Source: Octopus sinensis
Lineage: Eukaryota
Reading direction: 5' to 3'
NCBI RefSeq assembly: GCF_006345805.1
Contig: NC_043003.1
Span: forward strand, 32,178,001-32,242,000
DNA length: 64,000 nucleotides
Shown here: positions 27,730 to 41,084 of the stretch, one piece after another
How positions within the stretch are numbered: position 1 is the first letter of the stretch
Layout: the number at the start of each line of letters is the position of its first letter
The notes under the pieces: model-generated
What the model was told of the DNA's origin: nothing
Databases searched by the model: none
What the model saw: the letters and a program-made list of their open reading frames with translations, nothing else
Position numbers and translations under genes: made by a program

Positions 27730-28030
27730 TCACTTTCGAGTGCTACTGGTAACATGTAACCCAGTACAACCTGTTGCATGGTCGGGTCGTCAGCGACTAA
27801 ACCGGCAACCCCACCAAGCTTGCTTGGTGAGGAGGGTGTTTATTGGACACCCTGCGGGATGAAAAACAAAACCCGTCAAAGGGCGCAGGAACTCTTGAGA
27901 GTTAACGGCCATCCAATAAATGTCTTAAGATTGTATCATGCGCGGGGGCATAGAAATAATCGGACTGAATACCCGATCGCGCAGTTAAACCATTGGGAGT
28001 GAAGGACTCCTAGCCACCATGTATGTATGA
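27730..28030 (+). mobile_element. GC-richer retroposon-like repeat ending in (TGTA)n
   Basis: Compositionally distinct 300-bp block flanked on both sides by (TATG)n; family not identified. Confidence 0.4.
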
Positions 28031-28239
28031 ATGTATGTATGGTTTACACTCATATGCATACATACATATATACATACAGAAAGACATACACGCACACACA
28101 CATATATACACGTAAATGTCGAACAATGAGAATGAGTGTGCTCTATACCACATTGGTGGATAAAATTTCTTTATTTATGAATTATGGCTACCATTGGTTT
28201 CATCTTATGAAAAATGGTATCCTTAATGCACAAACATAT

Positions 28240-28326
<87 letters not shown>

Positions 28327-29062
28327 TGTGTGTGTGGTGTGCGTGCATGTGTATTTCTATGTAAATATGTAAAATGTCAAATATAAACATTGAATTCTGA
28401 TACTTCCCTTTAACTATATATATATAAATATATATATATATTTATATATAAATATATATATATATTTATATATATATATACATACACCTGTGAATAAGGA
28501 ACGTTAGTTAATTAGAATAATTATCCAAAACCTGTCCTTCCTGTTCCTAACTAATATGAAGGCTTCAAATATTTCTATATAGGAACGTTCTATTCGGTTT
28601 TTAAACTAAATGTTGTTATAAGACAAAATATTAGTTCTAAAGAATAATGGAATTGTTTTTTGTATATCAGTTTTAATTTTGAATCACATGGCATAACGTA
28701 ATCATAATGCGAATTTTGCTGCTCGTTCTTTCACAATTAAATACAAAATAAATATTTTCAACATTATCTTAAATATACTGTATTTATATATCGTCATATG
28801 AAAGCACATATTGAGTGTAGAAGTGGATGGCTGAAACGAATTTTATACAGCATTGAGATTTCGTCCATCTAGTTTATACGCTCAACAAGTTTTACTTAAA
28901 TGTATATGATAAATACCTAAATGTAAACTTCAGTTATTTTAGTTATTTACCTTAATTGTATTACAGTTATTTTCATCGCATGTTAAAGATATATTTTACG
29001 CTTAATGACCCCGGTGTCAGTATGATATATATATATATATATATATATCATAAAATTTGAAA

Positions 29063-29127
<65 letters not shown>

Positions 29128-29129
<2 letters not shown>

Positions 29130-29526
29130 TGGTTTCAAACTTTAGCACAATGCCAGCAAGTTTTAAGGAGGGTGTAAGTCGTTTACATCGATCCCAGTGT
29201 TAAACTGGTACATATTTTATCGACCTCGAAAGGATGAAAGGCAAAGTCAACCTCAGCGGAATTTGAACTCAGAACGATAAGACGGATGAAATACCTATTT
29301 CTTTACTACCCACAAGGGGCTAAACACCGAGAAGACAAACAAGGACCGAAAAACGGATTAAGTCGATTATATCGACCCCAGTGCGTAACTGGTACTTATT
29401 TAATCGACCCCGAAAGGATGAAAGGCAAAGTCGACCGCGGTGGAATTTGAACTCAGAACGTAGCGGCAGACGAAATACCGCTAAGCATTTTGCCCGGCGT
29501 GCTAACAATTCTGCCAGCTTGCCGCC
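29128..29526 (-). mobile_element. SINE family A, dimeric arrangement
   Basis: Two tandem cores ATCGAC.CGAAAGGATGAAAGGCAAAGTC.ACC.CGG..GAATTTGAACTCAGAAC; the tRNA-like head GGCGGCAAGCTGGCAGAATTGTTAGC (reverse strand) ends at 29526. Confidence 0.9.
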
Positions 29527-30521
29527 TGATCAATATAATATATATTAGCAATGCACACCATTCGATTAAATTTACAATACAAATGCTGTTATTAACTTTA
29601 CTATAGAAACGTTGTCATCAACCTACTCGCATAAAAAAGCAAGCACTTGTATAGAGAATGGTATCAAATGAACCATTACAAGTATATATTCCTTTATATT
29701 TTCATATACTTAATTTTCTCTTTAGTTTCCTGTTATATATATTCGATACATTTGCATGCCTTACGGCAACTCTAACGTTTCTTTATGTGGAGATTGCTAC
29801 TATAATATTTTGAGACGATATAGAGTAAAGCAATGCAGTAATATTCAAGACTGAGACAGGATCAGAGGGAGTAACAGATTTTAACTGTTTTTATTCAGAA
29901 TTATGTCTTTTCAAATAAAGTAAATATTTATTGCTGATATTTCAACAGAATTCCTGATGGAATGAGAAAAGAGGTAAATCTAACAGTATAGAACTATAGG
30001 AATAATTTGTGATATATAGGCATAAATTAACGGTTGAAAAATGAATGAAAGTCACAACATTGCAAACAAACTCTTGTAGAAATTGATTCAATTCACTACA
30101 AGGCCCAAACAATAGACTACAATTGTACAATATCTGAAATCTATCACCTTTCAGTTAACCATCAATTTCTCGTAACACCTTTCCATGTATTTTATGAAAC
30201 CATTTAAATCTATGATTGTCGTTTGGCGTGAAAACCTCGTATGAACTAATTCCCTTACAGAAAATATAAGGCCGCTGATCTTACTATGATAAATAAATTC
30301 TAAGGACAGCGAATTTATTCTCAGTAGGTTAGAAGCCATTTTCAATGAAATAATATAAGAAAAAAAAAAGATTTAAAAATAACACGAACATTGTTTCCTT
30401 TCATTAGACAGAAGGGAAGACAGTATTTACTGAGAAACGCGATCGAATTTACCTTACGGCTGATCGGAACACATGCATAAATGTATAATACACGAAGACA
30501 CACACACACACACACACACAT

Positions 30522-30575
<54 letters not shown>

Positions 30576-32176
30576 ATTATGTTTTTATATGTGTGTCTGA
30601 GTGTTTAAGTGCTTTAAATACATACAGAGGTCCAATATTGATCTGATTAAGGTTTCACTACTTGTATTGAGTTTAAAATTCATTATAAATCAATATGGAA
30701 GTGAAAACAATACTAGCTTTTCGAGTTGGAGTTGGAGGTAGATCACGTCGGTTGGTTTTCAAATATCTTTGCATGTTGACACCTCAATTCATATCACGAC
30801 CAAGACTCATAGATGAAAGCTATACTGACATCCACATAATTGCGTTTCTTTTAGATGTGTTAAATTGTTACCAAAACAAAACGATGTTTTGACAACATTC
30901 TGTAAGTTTATTTTCCTTTTAACATGAATATTGCTTTAGACATCAAAGTTACGTCGTTTATGTAAGCATACATTTAACAAAGAAGAAAACAAATTGAGTT
31001 GCATCACGTAGAATATGATTTTAAAAGCTTTCAAGTTACATTATGAAATGACATTTCTTTTTATTTTGTAATATATTTCTTTATGCTCACCGTTTTATAG
31101 TATTCTAGCAATGTATATAAAAGCAAAATGTTAAAATATTTGCCTGTAAAAATGCAATATATTTTTCGAGGCTCCCTCAAATGACCACGCATTTCCCCTA
31201 TCCATTTTTATAGTTTCTCTTATATTGCTTCTGAAACTCTCCCAGATATTTCACAAAATTGAGAAATGATTTATCTAGAAAAGGTGAATTAACAACCATA
31301 CCACATACACACGCGCATGCATTCAAGCATATACTTACCTACTCTGTTCCATAGAAATGTATCCTCACACAAACAAATAGGCACACTCACATGCAATCAC
31401 GGTAAATGATATATGCATCTATTTGTATAAATATATGCATGCAGTAATTTAACTAAAGTGGAACAGCAGTAATCTAAGGAGCCTCTATTCTGTATCAGGT
31501 TAACATTCTAATTATTTCCTGTTGAAAAATTACAGCGTAAATAACTTTCAGTTTCAATCGCTCACACAATCTACTCATTTTTTAAATATTTCCTTGCTGC
31601 TGTTCACACCATTAGCAACGCATACCGAATAAGGCAGAATTTCATCAAAGAATAATTTCATTCTCTGTATGAACGTCTCCATGCAAAAGGTGATAATTAG
31701 CATAAGAGATAAGGTGCTTAACCTAAATGCCGAATAATATTCAGCTTCGTCTCTTTCTCATTTGAATAAAAATTACATTAACGTCAAAATTAAGCTTTTA
31801 TTTAATCTCATTAAGGATCTCCAAAAAAACAGGTCCAGTAAGATATTAAATACAACCAATCTAGTAAAATAGTTTTAAATTATTCCCAATAACAAAATAG
31901 ATTGGTAGAGTTTTTAAAAATGGATTGCATCTCAATCGTTCAGTGTAAGTGTAGCGAGATAACATTAACGTACACTGTTGAAAGCAAGACGCATCGATGA
32001 GATTCACATATATGGTGTATTCGACGGAAGATAACTCTTAGTGAGGTAGTGTGTTTAAAAACACAATGCAAATGGGAAGGAGACAAAACATGTCAAAGCA
32101 TCGGCTAAACCTTTTTTGCGATGGCATCTACTCACTGCATGTCAATATGAGGTGTAATTTCCGGACGAATGTTGCA

Positions 32177-32340
32177 GGAAGGTTATAAAATTCATACAAC
32201 TCTCTTTCGTTATACTATTTTTCATGGAAATTTTGAAAGCTATTTTTCGAATTCTATAAATTTCCTGTATATGGGTTTTCCTTTAAAAAGAAAATGTTTT
32301 AATGCTATTTTTTAATATCATACAAATATACTTTTGTAAA
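32177..32340 (+). repeat. About 163-bp AT-rich repeat; inverted partner at 36625-36787
   Basis: About 95% identical to the reverse complement of 36625-36787 by manual alignment. Confidence 0.9.
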
Positions 32341-33229
32341 AAAAAACCTTTTTAACTTTAGATAGCCAGTCATTTTAATTTAGTACGATTTCTGTTGCGT
32401 TGAACGGATCTGTACGCGCCATTGATTAAACTGAACGAGACTAAAGTGCATGTGGGGGTCTTCACTTCGATAAATCCTGCTGTGGAATTTTCCGTATTTC
32501 TCCAATACAAAGGGTACTTTCAAAAACAGTACATCTATAAGATGTTATCTCTGGCCGACTAACCACAGCAAATAAGCCTTTCAGAGATATATTTACAATA
32601 TATAAAGGAATATATATGTGTGTGTGCTTCTGGGTGTGTGTCTGGGTGTATGTGTATAAGTGTAAGAGGATTAGGGCGTTAGAGGCGAGAATGAAGAGGG
32701 AAACAGATGAGAAGCTGCCTCGAAGCGTGGGTGTCAAGAGATATAACGGTAACCTCTGTGTGTCTGTGAGCAAACTCGTGCCTGTGTATGAAACAAACTT
32801 GTAAACACACGCACATATGTACAGGCATGCATACTTGCATAATCTCTCTCTCCACACACACACGCACATATATATATATATATATATATATAGAGGACAA
32901 GGGGCAGCTAAAATTATGGTAGGGCGAGTATAATAATTTAGAGTAAGTTGAATTTGAAATCTTACAGCTGTTTCTGGGTTATCCGAAGCGATAGACTAGC
33001 ATGGGTATTCCGTCATCAAAGACAAGGAGAGTATTATGAAAGTTCTAGAAATTCGCAGTTATAAGGAATAAAATAGAAGAATAAAGAGTAAAGGTAGATA
33101 GAAGAATAGCGAGAGGAGAATGGAATACACAGTTCATCTTTTCCCAGCTAATAAATATCGATGATGAACATGATGAAAATAATGAAAATTATGATGAAAA
33201 TGAGGATGAAAATGATGATGAAAAGGATG

Positions 33230-34285
33230 AAAATTAATCAAAAAGTGCTACTGGAAGCACGAAAACATAATGGAAATGCAAAGGCAATTTAGATGATATA
33301 TTCACGAAGATCCACCAACGCGATGCGCCATTGCTCGCATCCGAGATAAGTTGGAATCAGATGGAACTGTTCATGACGTCCATAAGGATTGTTCAGGAAC
33401 ACCACAGTCGACAACCAGCCCCGCAAAAGGAAAAAGCAGATTCTGGAAATCCTCCACGGATTTGTACCACCAATCTGTACCACAAATACCTTGTGAGACA
33501 GGAATCTCCAGACCAAGTAAGTACTTCGAAGCGAGTTCATTGGAAATGTAACATTCCAAAATTAACCAACGTTCTAGATGAAGAGGATCCTGACCTGAGA
33601 GCTGACTTTTGTGTGTGTTATCTTGGCAAATGCAAGGGAGATGCAAAATTGTTCGTGGCGATGAGGCCATGTTTAAGTTAAGTGGCTCAATTAACCAACA
33701 TAATTGCATCTACTGTGCTCCTGAAAAGCCGCATGTTGATAGGGAAAATGATTTGAACTTACCAGGGCTTACCGTGTGGTGTTGGATATCAAAATTGGTC
33801 ATCGTAGCGTCATTATTTTTTGACCAAACTGTCACTGGAGATGTTTCCCTAAACTTGCTGCAGGAATATGTCGTTCCAAGTGTGAAAGAGCTGTTTGGTG
33901 ACAAAGAGATCAATTTTCAGCAAGATGGAGCACCTCCACGCAACCATCTTGATATAAGAGCCTATCTCTGTGCGTTCTTCAGGCCTTATTCCAATGGAAA
34001 TCATTTTTTTATGTGGGTATATCAAAGGTAAGATTTGCTTCTCAAAGATTTGCGGCAACATCGATGTGTTGAAAGAGGCAATTGAAAGACAATGTCTCGA
34101 AGTTCCAAATGAAATTATTCGTTAAGCTACTGCGGAAAGTGTCGGTAGTCGGTTTCAATACTCATACACATGCATTTATCCATTTGTGCATTTAACTATT
34201 AATCTTGTTTCTAAGGTGATACATTTATTGCACTTAGAGAGTGAGTATATTTTTTTATTTTGGTGATGTTTGGAGGCACCCTATA
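33230..34285 (+). pseudogene. Decayed Tc1/mariner transposase (DD41D/Visitor-like motifs)
   Basis: PPTRCAIARIRDKLESDGTVHD, GDEAMFKLSGSINQHNC, PGLTVWC, FQQDGAPP and LCGYIKGK occur in order. The WPPRSPDL segment is deleted. The right end reads CACCCTATA. Confidence 0.85.
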
Positions 34286-34309
34286 TATATATATATGTGT
34301 GTGTGTGTG

Positions 34310-34377
<68 letters not shown>

Positions 34378-34383
34378 GTATAT

Positions 34384-34442
<59 letters not shown>

Positions 34443-34924
34443 GTATATATGTATATATACTTGCACACACACACATATGGAGTAATACTTTGTGAAGTAT
34501 CATCGTATAGGAAGCTAGTGAACTTCAAACATGTACACAACCTGTATAGAAGACAAGAAAATGGACAATGCACGATAAATAGTTTAATAACTGCCGAATG
34601 TTATGCACTTCCTCCCATATTGAACTCTACGGAAATTTCGATAGGCTGCTGGTATCTATACAACTTACGGCTCAAGAAACTAAAGGGTTAAGTATGCAAA
34701 TATAAAGCCAAGAATGTAAAGAACAGAAAAGGTGAATAAAAACTACATATGTTTCATAGCTAAAGAAATGTTTGTTGCATAACATGTACCATACACAAAA
34801 CCTATTTAGCTAATGATCATGTCCGATTAGATTTGAGTAGTTAATATTTGTTTGTTTTCATTCCATACATTCTTGGATTACAAACACATTTACCCATAGA
34901 TACAGACACACACACAAACACACA

Positions 34925-35260
34925 TATATACAGACAAACAGTTAGCTAGACAGATAGCTAGCTAGACAGACAGACAGACAGACAGCTAGCTAGACAGACA
35001 GACAGACAGACAGCTAGCCAGACAGACAGCTAGCTAGACAGACAGACAGCGAGACAGCTAGCCAGACAGCTAGACAGCTAGCCAGACACACAGCTAGCCA
35101 GATAGACAGACAGCTAGCCAGACAGCCAGACAGCTAGCCAGCCAGACAGCTAGCCAGCCAGCTAGCCAGACAGACAGACAGCTAGCCAGACAGCTAGCCA
35201 GACAGCTAGCCAGACAGACAGACAGCTAGCCAGACAGGCAGCTAGCCAGACAGACAGATG
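34925..35260. repeat. (CAGA)/(CTAG)/(GCCA) tetranucleotide-based satellite (AGACAGCTAGCC)
   Basis: Directly visible. Confidence 0.9.
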
Positions 35261-35811
35261 ATTTCCATCTTGAAAATAATCATTCATCTATTCTACGAAT
35301 TGTTCGAAACTTAAAGTTGAGTAATAATCATGCACATACATACTTAACACAATTCATACACGTTATTCTGTCGACACAATGTATGAGAGATGGTCATTTG
35401 ATTTACTGATGCAATCTAGTGAGAAAGAGAAAAAAGTGAAATCAGTAAAAATAATCTCTCCCAGTATTAAGTATATTAATTAGTTTATGTATAGAGATTG
35501 AAAGTTTTAAATACAAACCTAGCTTTACCCGAATTTGAACCGAAACAAATATAACAAAGTATTCTCGGCAATGCTATAGGTGTTTTATGTAGAACAACCG
35601 TTAAGCTAAATAAAAAAGCTATAAAATGTATGGATTATATAACATCCTTTTTACTGAGAATGTGTTGGTTACTCAACCAGAGTAGATTTAAATATTTATT
35701 TACAAAATAGGAATAATATTTTGTTCAAAATTGGTTTCTGAAACTGTAGTTTCCAAACAGAGATTGGTCAAAAATTTATGGAAGTGGTGACATGAATTTG
35801 AATATAATGGT

Positions 35812-36130
35812 TACTTGCTTTGCTTGCTTCATGCACTTGCTTGATGGGACTGCGGCCTTCCCATATTAGTGGCCCCAGAGACGTCATCATGCTTAGAGCC
35901 GACTAGATCCACCAATCGCTGGCGGTCCTGTACCAGCTCCACTGCATACTCCAGGGTGCCGTCGAATCTCTGGAGATCTTCCTTAATCACATCCAGCCAT
36001 CTGGTGTGGGGCCTGCCACGAGGCTTGTTCCATCCCACACCTGCTGCGACGAGTGCGAGTAAGAATGATCTTGCGGGGGAGTGAAGTTCGTAACAGCGCT
36101 TGCGATGGGTGGATATGAAGTGGGAGGCTA
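35812..36130 (-). mobile_element. RTE-like LINE 3' end
   Basis: ORF 35829..36038 reads KPRGRPHTRWLDVIKEDL...VQDRQ, the RTE ORF C-terminus, followed by a (GCAA)n tail. Confidence 0.75.
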
Positions 36131-36624
36131 GGAACGTGATGGTGTCATCTGATGTTGACGGTATTTGGAGTATAATAAACCAGAAATACTAGCAATCTCA
36201 TGAAAATAACTAAAATATCAGTGTATTCATTATAAGGAATCGGCGAAGGAGGGGAAACAAACACGTTTAATGCAAAATATGAGTTAGTACAAGGAGCTGT
36301 CTGTTGGTGTGTGTATGTGTGCGTGAGGCAGAGCGAAAGTGCGACAAAGATGCGGAGTAAAGAATGATAACTATAGGGAGTATTTATTATAAGGTTATCT
36401 TAATGGTTGAACGATACATAGACACGCAATACCTAATATATGAAATATTTCGAACCGTTCGTTTTTCGTAAGCCAATGGTAGAATTATGTAAAGGTAATA
36501 AAAGCGGGGTTGAGGCAAGTAATGCGAAACTGGTTGAGCTAAATGTGAAAGGAAAAAATATTTGTATCACAAAAATGTTTTGCAGAAGAAAGTATGTAGG
36601 ATTGTAATAAATGGAAAATATTTC

Positions 36625-36787
36625 TTACAAAAATATATTTGTATGATATTAAAAAATAGCATTAAAATTTTTTCTTCTTAAAGGAAAACCCATATACAGG
36701 AAATTTATTGAATTCGAAAAATAGCTTTCAAAATTTCCATGAAAAATAGTATAACGAAAAAGAGTTGTATGAATTTTATAACCCTCC
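36625..36787 (-). repeat. Inverted partner of 32177-32340
   Basis: See 32177-32340. Confidence 0.9.
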
Positions 36788-37141
36788 CGAAAGACTTAAT
36801 TAGATTTAGATGATACAAAAAACTCAAGCCAAGGAGAACTATATGTTAGATTCACTTAAAACAGACAATATGATATGTGAAAAATTCAAAACGTGTCCAA
36901 TTTATACGAAAGTTATGATTTATGTTAGTTAATAATAATTATAAAAAAATAACAATCATAATAAAGGGAGGGGTAGAGAGAGACATGAAGGGAGAGAGAG
37001 GGGGGGAGAGAAGAGAGAAATAAAAAATTCCGAAGACGAACTACAGGGGATCAGTACAGACGTTAGTGGCAAGGGGAAACAAGTTTGTAGGAAGCTGTAT
37101 GCGCGTATACTCTGTTTGCGGGTGCATGTGTACGTGTGTAT

Positions 37142-37177
<36 letters not shown>

Positions 37178-37439
37178 GTATATATATATACACACAGACA
37201 TATATATATATATATATATATATAAATACACACATGCACATATATATATATGTGTGTGTATTTATATATGTATGTATCTATTTATCTATGTATATCAATA
37301 TATACATATATGTACATATATATATATATATATATATAAATACACACGCACACATATATACACGCATGTACATGAATAGGTGTGTGTATGTGCGTATGGC
37401 TTGATGGCTGGATGTTACTAGCTACTATTCACCGGACAC

Positions 37440-38430
37440 AGAGAATGGTACTCATATTGTACGATCGTTTAAACTATAATCGCATTTCTAACACTACTAA
37501 TCCTATGATCATCCTCTACTACATTTAACAGATAAAATTCACACAACCTTGATTTTCAGGGATTGTTACCAGACATGTTCACTCAACCGTGACTGCTATA
37601 ACTAACTCCAGTCATATGGCCAGATGACATGAAAAATCTTACAAAAATTTCTAAACCTGTTCACGAGATTATCCTCGAGCAATCAAAACGTATTCAAAAT
37701 AGGTATTAAGTTGAACAATGTTCTCTCTGTAAAAAGCTAGACGGCGGGAAACGTACAAAAGGTTCTAAACTTAATCATGCGTTCATTCTCTGCAGACACT
37801 TGACAGAAAGCGTTCAGAGCATTCATCGTTTGGTTTTTGTTTGTTCCTTCTTGAGCCATGCCTGGCTAATAAGGGCCGGTTTACCGGTTTCTTGGCGTAT
37901 AGGTTCCCCACCTGAAGGGGACGCCGGTCTGTCGCAGGTGAGCTGCAATATGCATGAGGAAATAGTGAGAGAAAGTTGTGGCGAAAGAATCAGCAGAAGT
38001 TTCGCCATTACCTTCGGCCGGAGCTGCGTGGAGCTTAGGTGTTTCGGTCATAAACACACACATCGCCCGGTCTGAGATTCGAACCCGCGATCCCTCAACC
38101 ATAAATCCGCTGCTCTAACCACTAGGCCACGTGCCTCCACAATCGTTTGGTATTGTCACCAGATATATTCAGTCAACCGTGTCAGCCTTAAATTACGACG
38201 CCAAACATTGACACTTGATACTAACACACGGACGTAGCGGCGAACCTGCAAAAATTTCTAAGATCAGCCATGAGTATCCTCTACAAATAAAGGGCTATCC
38301 AAAACATACTAATTTGAGGCATGAATCCCTTATAAGAATAGGACAACCTTCAAACACTAATCAGAAACAGGACGGTTGCAACATAAACCGTGTCTTTCTG
38401 TTTCAACATTTTGAAAAAAACTTATAAACT
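37440..38430 (+). pseudogene. Decayed coding-like sequence with diverged internal repeats, interrupted by a SINE
   Basis: 37560-37700 (IVTRHVHSTVTAI...TKISKPVHE-YPRAIKTYSK) aligns with 38150-38310 (IVTRYIQSTVSAL...AKISKISHEYPLQIKGYPK), with mostly synonymous or conservative differences. Stops and frameshifts are present. Confidence 0.5.
37834..38141 (-). mobile_element. tRNA-derived SINE family D, full length with TSD
   Basis: Head GTGGAGGCACGTGGCCTAGTGGTTAGAGC...GGGTTCGAATC; flanking duplication ATCGTTTGG at 37825-37833 and 38142-38150. Confidence 0.9.
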
Positions 38431-38569
38431 GTGATATCGGTTAAATCTCTAAATATAATAAAAAATATTAAACTATTCTCAGTGCATTTTCAACTTCTAG
38501 TTTCCCTATATTTCTACCCGCGTGGAATAGAATAACTTTGTATTATATATATATATATATATAATATAT

Positions 38570-38636
<67 letters not shown>

Positions 38637-38826
38637 CATATATATAGACTTACATGGAATATTACATATGCACGAAAATACATACAAACAAAAATACCCT
38701 ATTGCTGATTTGGGAATTCCAATGAAGGAGCCTTGGACCTAGTTTAGAAACCGTTTCTTTCTCCATTGGCAAGAAATCTTGAAATAACTTGAATTATGAC
38801 ATGCATATATAATACTTATATATATA

Positions 38827-39058
38827 GGAGGCGCAATGGCCTTGTGGTTAGGGCAGCGGACTCGCGGTCGCAGGATCGCGGTTTCGATTCTCAGACCGGG
38901 CGTTGTGTGTGTTTATTGACCGAAAACACCTAAAAGCTCTACGAGGCTCCGGCAGGGGGTGGTGATCCCTGCTGTACTCTTTCACCACAATGGCGGTGCC
39001 CCAGCATGGCCACAGCTCAAGAGCTGAAACTGGAAAAACAAAAACAAAACAAAAACAA
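38827..39058 (+). mobile_element. Chimeric SINE: D-like head joined to B-type tail
   Basis: The first 165 nt align with family D; then GGCGGTGCCCCAGCATGGCCACAGC and (AAAAC)n follow. Confidence 0.75.
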
Positions 39059-39350
39059 TAGCGTTAGACATCTTTAAATTTTATTCAATTAGTCTGTGTT
39101 CTATATATTAATTTCTGACACGCGTTCTTGCTGTTTAAGTGTCTAAGATTCCTTAGATACGATAGTTCTATGCATCTATTCAGTTTATTAAACAACTATA
39201 GTACAGAATCTGATCTCAACACTGACGCTCGTACAAATTTTTTTTTTTTCAAGATATGCACCATATGAGTGATTGAAACGAACTAAAATTCTAGTATCAA
39301 AGATAAATGCCTAACATATCAATAAAATTTAAAGATGTATTACTCTACAT

Positions 39351-39625
39351 GAGGCACATAGCCGAGTGGCTAGATAGCGGGCACGCGATCGAGGGATGTG
39401 TGTGTTTATGACCAAAAAACCTAAGCTCCATGCGGCCCCGGCAGAAAGTAATGGCAAACTTCTGCTGACGCTTTCGTCACAAAGTTCTCTCACTCTATCC
39501 GCCTGCAGCTAGCAGCTCACCTGCAACGGACCGGCGTTCCGTCCAGGTGGGAGAACCTATACGCCAATGAAACCGGAAAACCGGCCCTTACGAGCCAGGC
39601 ATGGCACCAAAAGAACAAACAACAT
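39351..39625 (+). mobile_element. SINE family D copy with an internal head deletion
   Basis: Body and tail (CAGCTCACCTGC...GAACCTATACGCCAA.GAAACCGG.AAACCGGCCCTTA.GAGCCAGGCATGGC) match 37834-38141; flanks ACTCTAC are duplicated. Confidence 0.85.
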
Positions 39626-40560
39626 AACTCTACGTAGCTCTACCGTTTTGGAAATATACGCTAGAATACTACATAAAATCATTAGAAGTGAGCTGAAGGT
39701 TTAACAATCGAAAAGTGTACAAATGTAATTACTTTTTACTTAGCTATTCCAAAGGTTTTCTAATATTCGATGTGGTTAGCCACCTCTGGATTTTTAACTG
39801 AGAGCTCGTAAAGTATCTGTCTGGATTTAAAGTCCATGTTTGTTTGTGAATGTGTGTGTATATGTATGTGTATGTGTTATGGTTATGCGCGCGTATATCT
39901 ATATGTATAAGTGTTTGTGTATGTGTGCGTGTGAATGATGTCCCAGCATGGCCATAGTTCACAGACTGAAGCATATAAAAGGAACCAAGAGCATACGTGT
40001 GCCTGTAAACTCAGAATACAAATGGCGTTTTAGAGCGACAGTTAGAACAATATTTGCGCTTGCGAAGGATAAAATTCTCATTACCTACCGAGTAACACAA
40101 AAACACTAATATATTCTGTCCGTTATTGCTGAATATATTTATATGATGGAAACGTCGAGATGCAAATATAAAAGTCTACTAAAACGAAATAGAAATAAGT
40201 ATTAGCAAGTAATATCCAGAGAATAATCATTAAAAGGAAGAAGAAATCATAAAACTTGTCGACGTTTTATCAAGAGTAGCATTATTCTGCTTCAGTCATT
40301 GTGGCCTAGCAAAATGACGTTTGGAAGAAAAAATAGAAATATCCTGGTGATAATCATTGTGTTGTATAATTAATTTTTTATTCACCAGATGCCAGTATAA
40401 TACATAACATGATATATATAAAAAAAGAAACACAAATGATTTCAGGAATAAACACATTTGCCAAAATACCGAGAGACGCCAACACACTCAATATAAGACA
40501 CACATATGTATGCATGTACATTTATACACAGACACACACACACACACACACACACATGTA

Positions 40561-40596
<36 letters not shown>

Positions 40597-40644
40597 TGTA
40601 TGTATGTATGTATGTAGGTATGTATGTATGTATGTATGTATATA

Positions 40645-40880
40645 TCTATATATATATAAAACTGAGAATGTGTGTGTCTGTCTGTCTGTGTGAATCCCTA
40701 AAACTTGAGAACTACAGAACCAATTTCATTCAGATTTTACACATGCCTTACTTAGGATCCATGTAGTATCATGGGCAAAAAAAAATGTTTAACTTCTTGC
40801 CTAGGACGAGCCCACAGCAATATCACATCTCCACTATTTCAGTATTACGTGTTAAAAGTGAAACAAGAGCATCTCTCTAT
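40645..40880 (+). mobile_element. Possible non-autonomous Helitron/Helentron-type 5' end
   Basis: TCTATATATATATAAAACTGAGAATG followed by (TGTC)n and AACTACAGAACCAATTTCATTCAGATTTTACAC resembles non-autonomous rolling-circle element heads. Confidence 0.4.
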
Positions 40881-41084
40881 TGTATGTATATGGATGTATA
40901 TATATATATACATATATATATATGTATATATATAGATGTATACATGTATATGTATAGCTGTATATGTATACATGTATATGTAAACATACACATATATATA
41001 CATATATATATATCCATGCATACATATATACACCCATACACACACACACCGATCCCCCCACACACACATATATACATAGGTGCA

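Noticed and set aside
38715-38770. AUGAAGGA...GAAACCG motif in the 19290/38697 repeat
   Set aside because: Core does not match CUGANGA, and pairing is only speculative from two degraded copies.
38827-38905. tRNA gene (also 38065-38141 and 62545-62624)
   Set aside because: A/B boxes run into SINE bodies, and no complete cloverleaf or acceptor stem is present.
40255-40300. Minus-strand CUGAAGC...AAAACGUC hammerhead-like remnant
   Set aside because: Several core positions are broken and there is no stem I.
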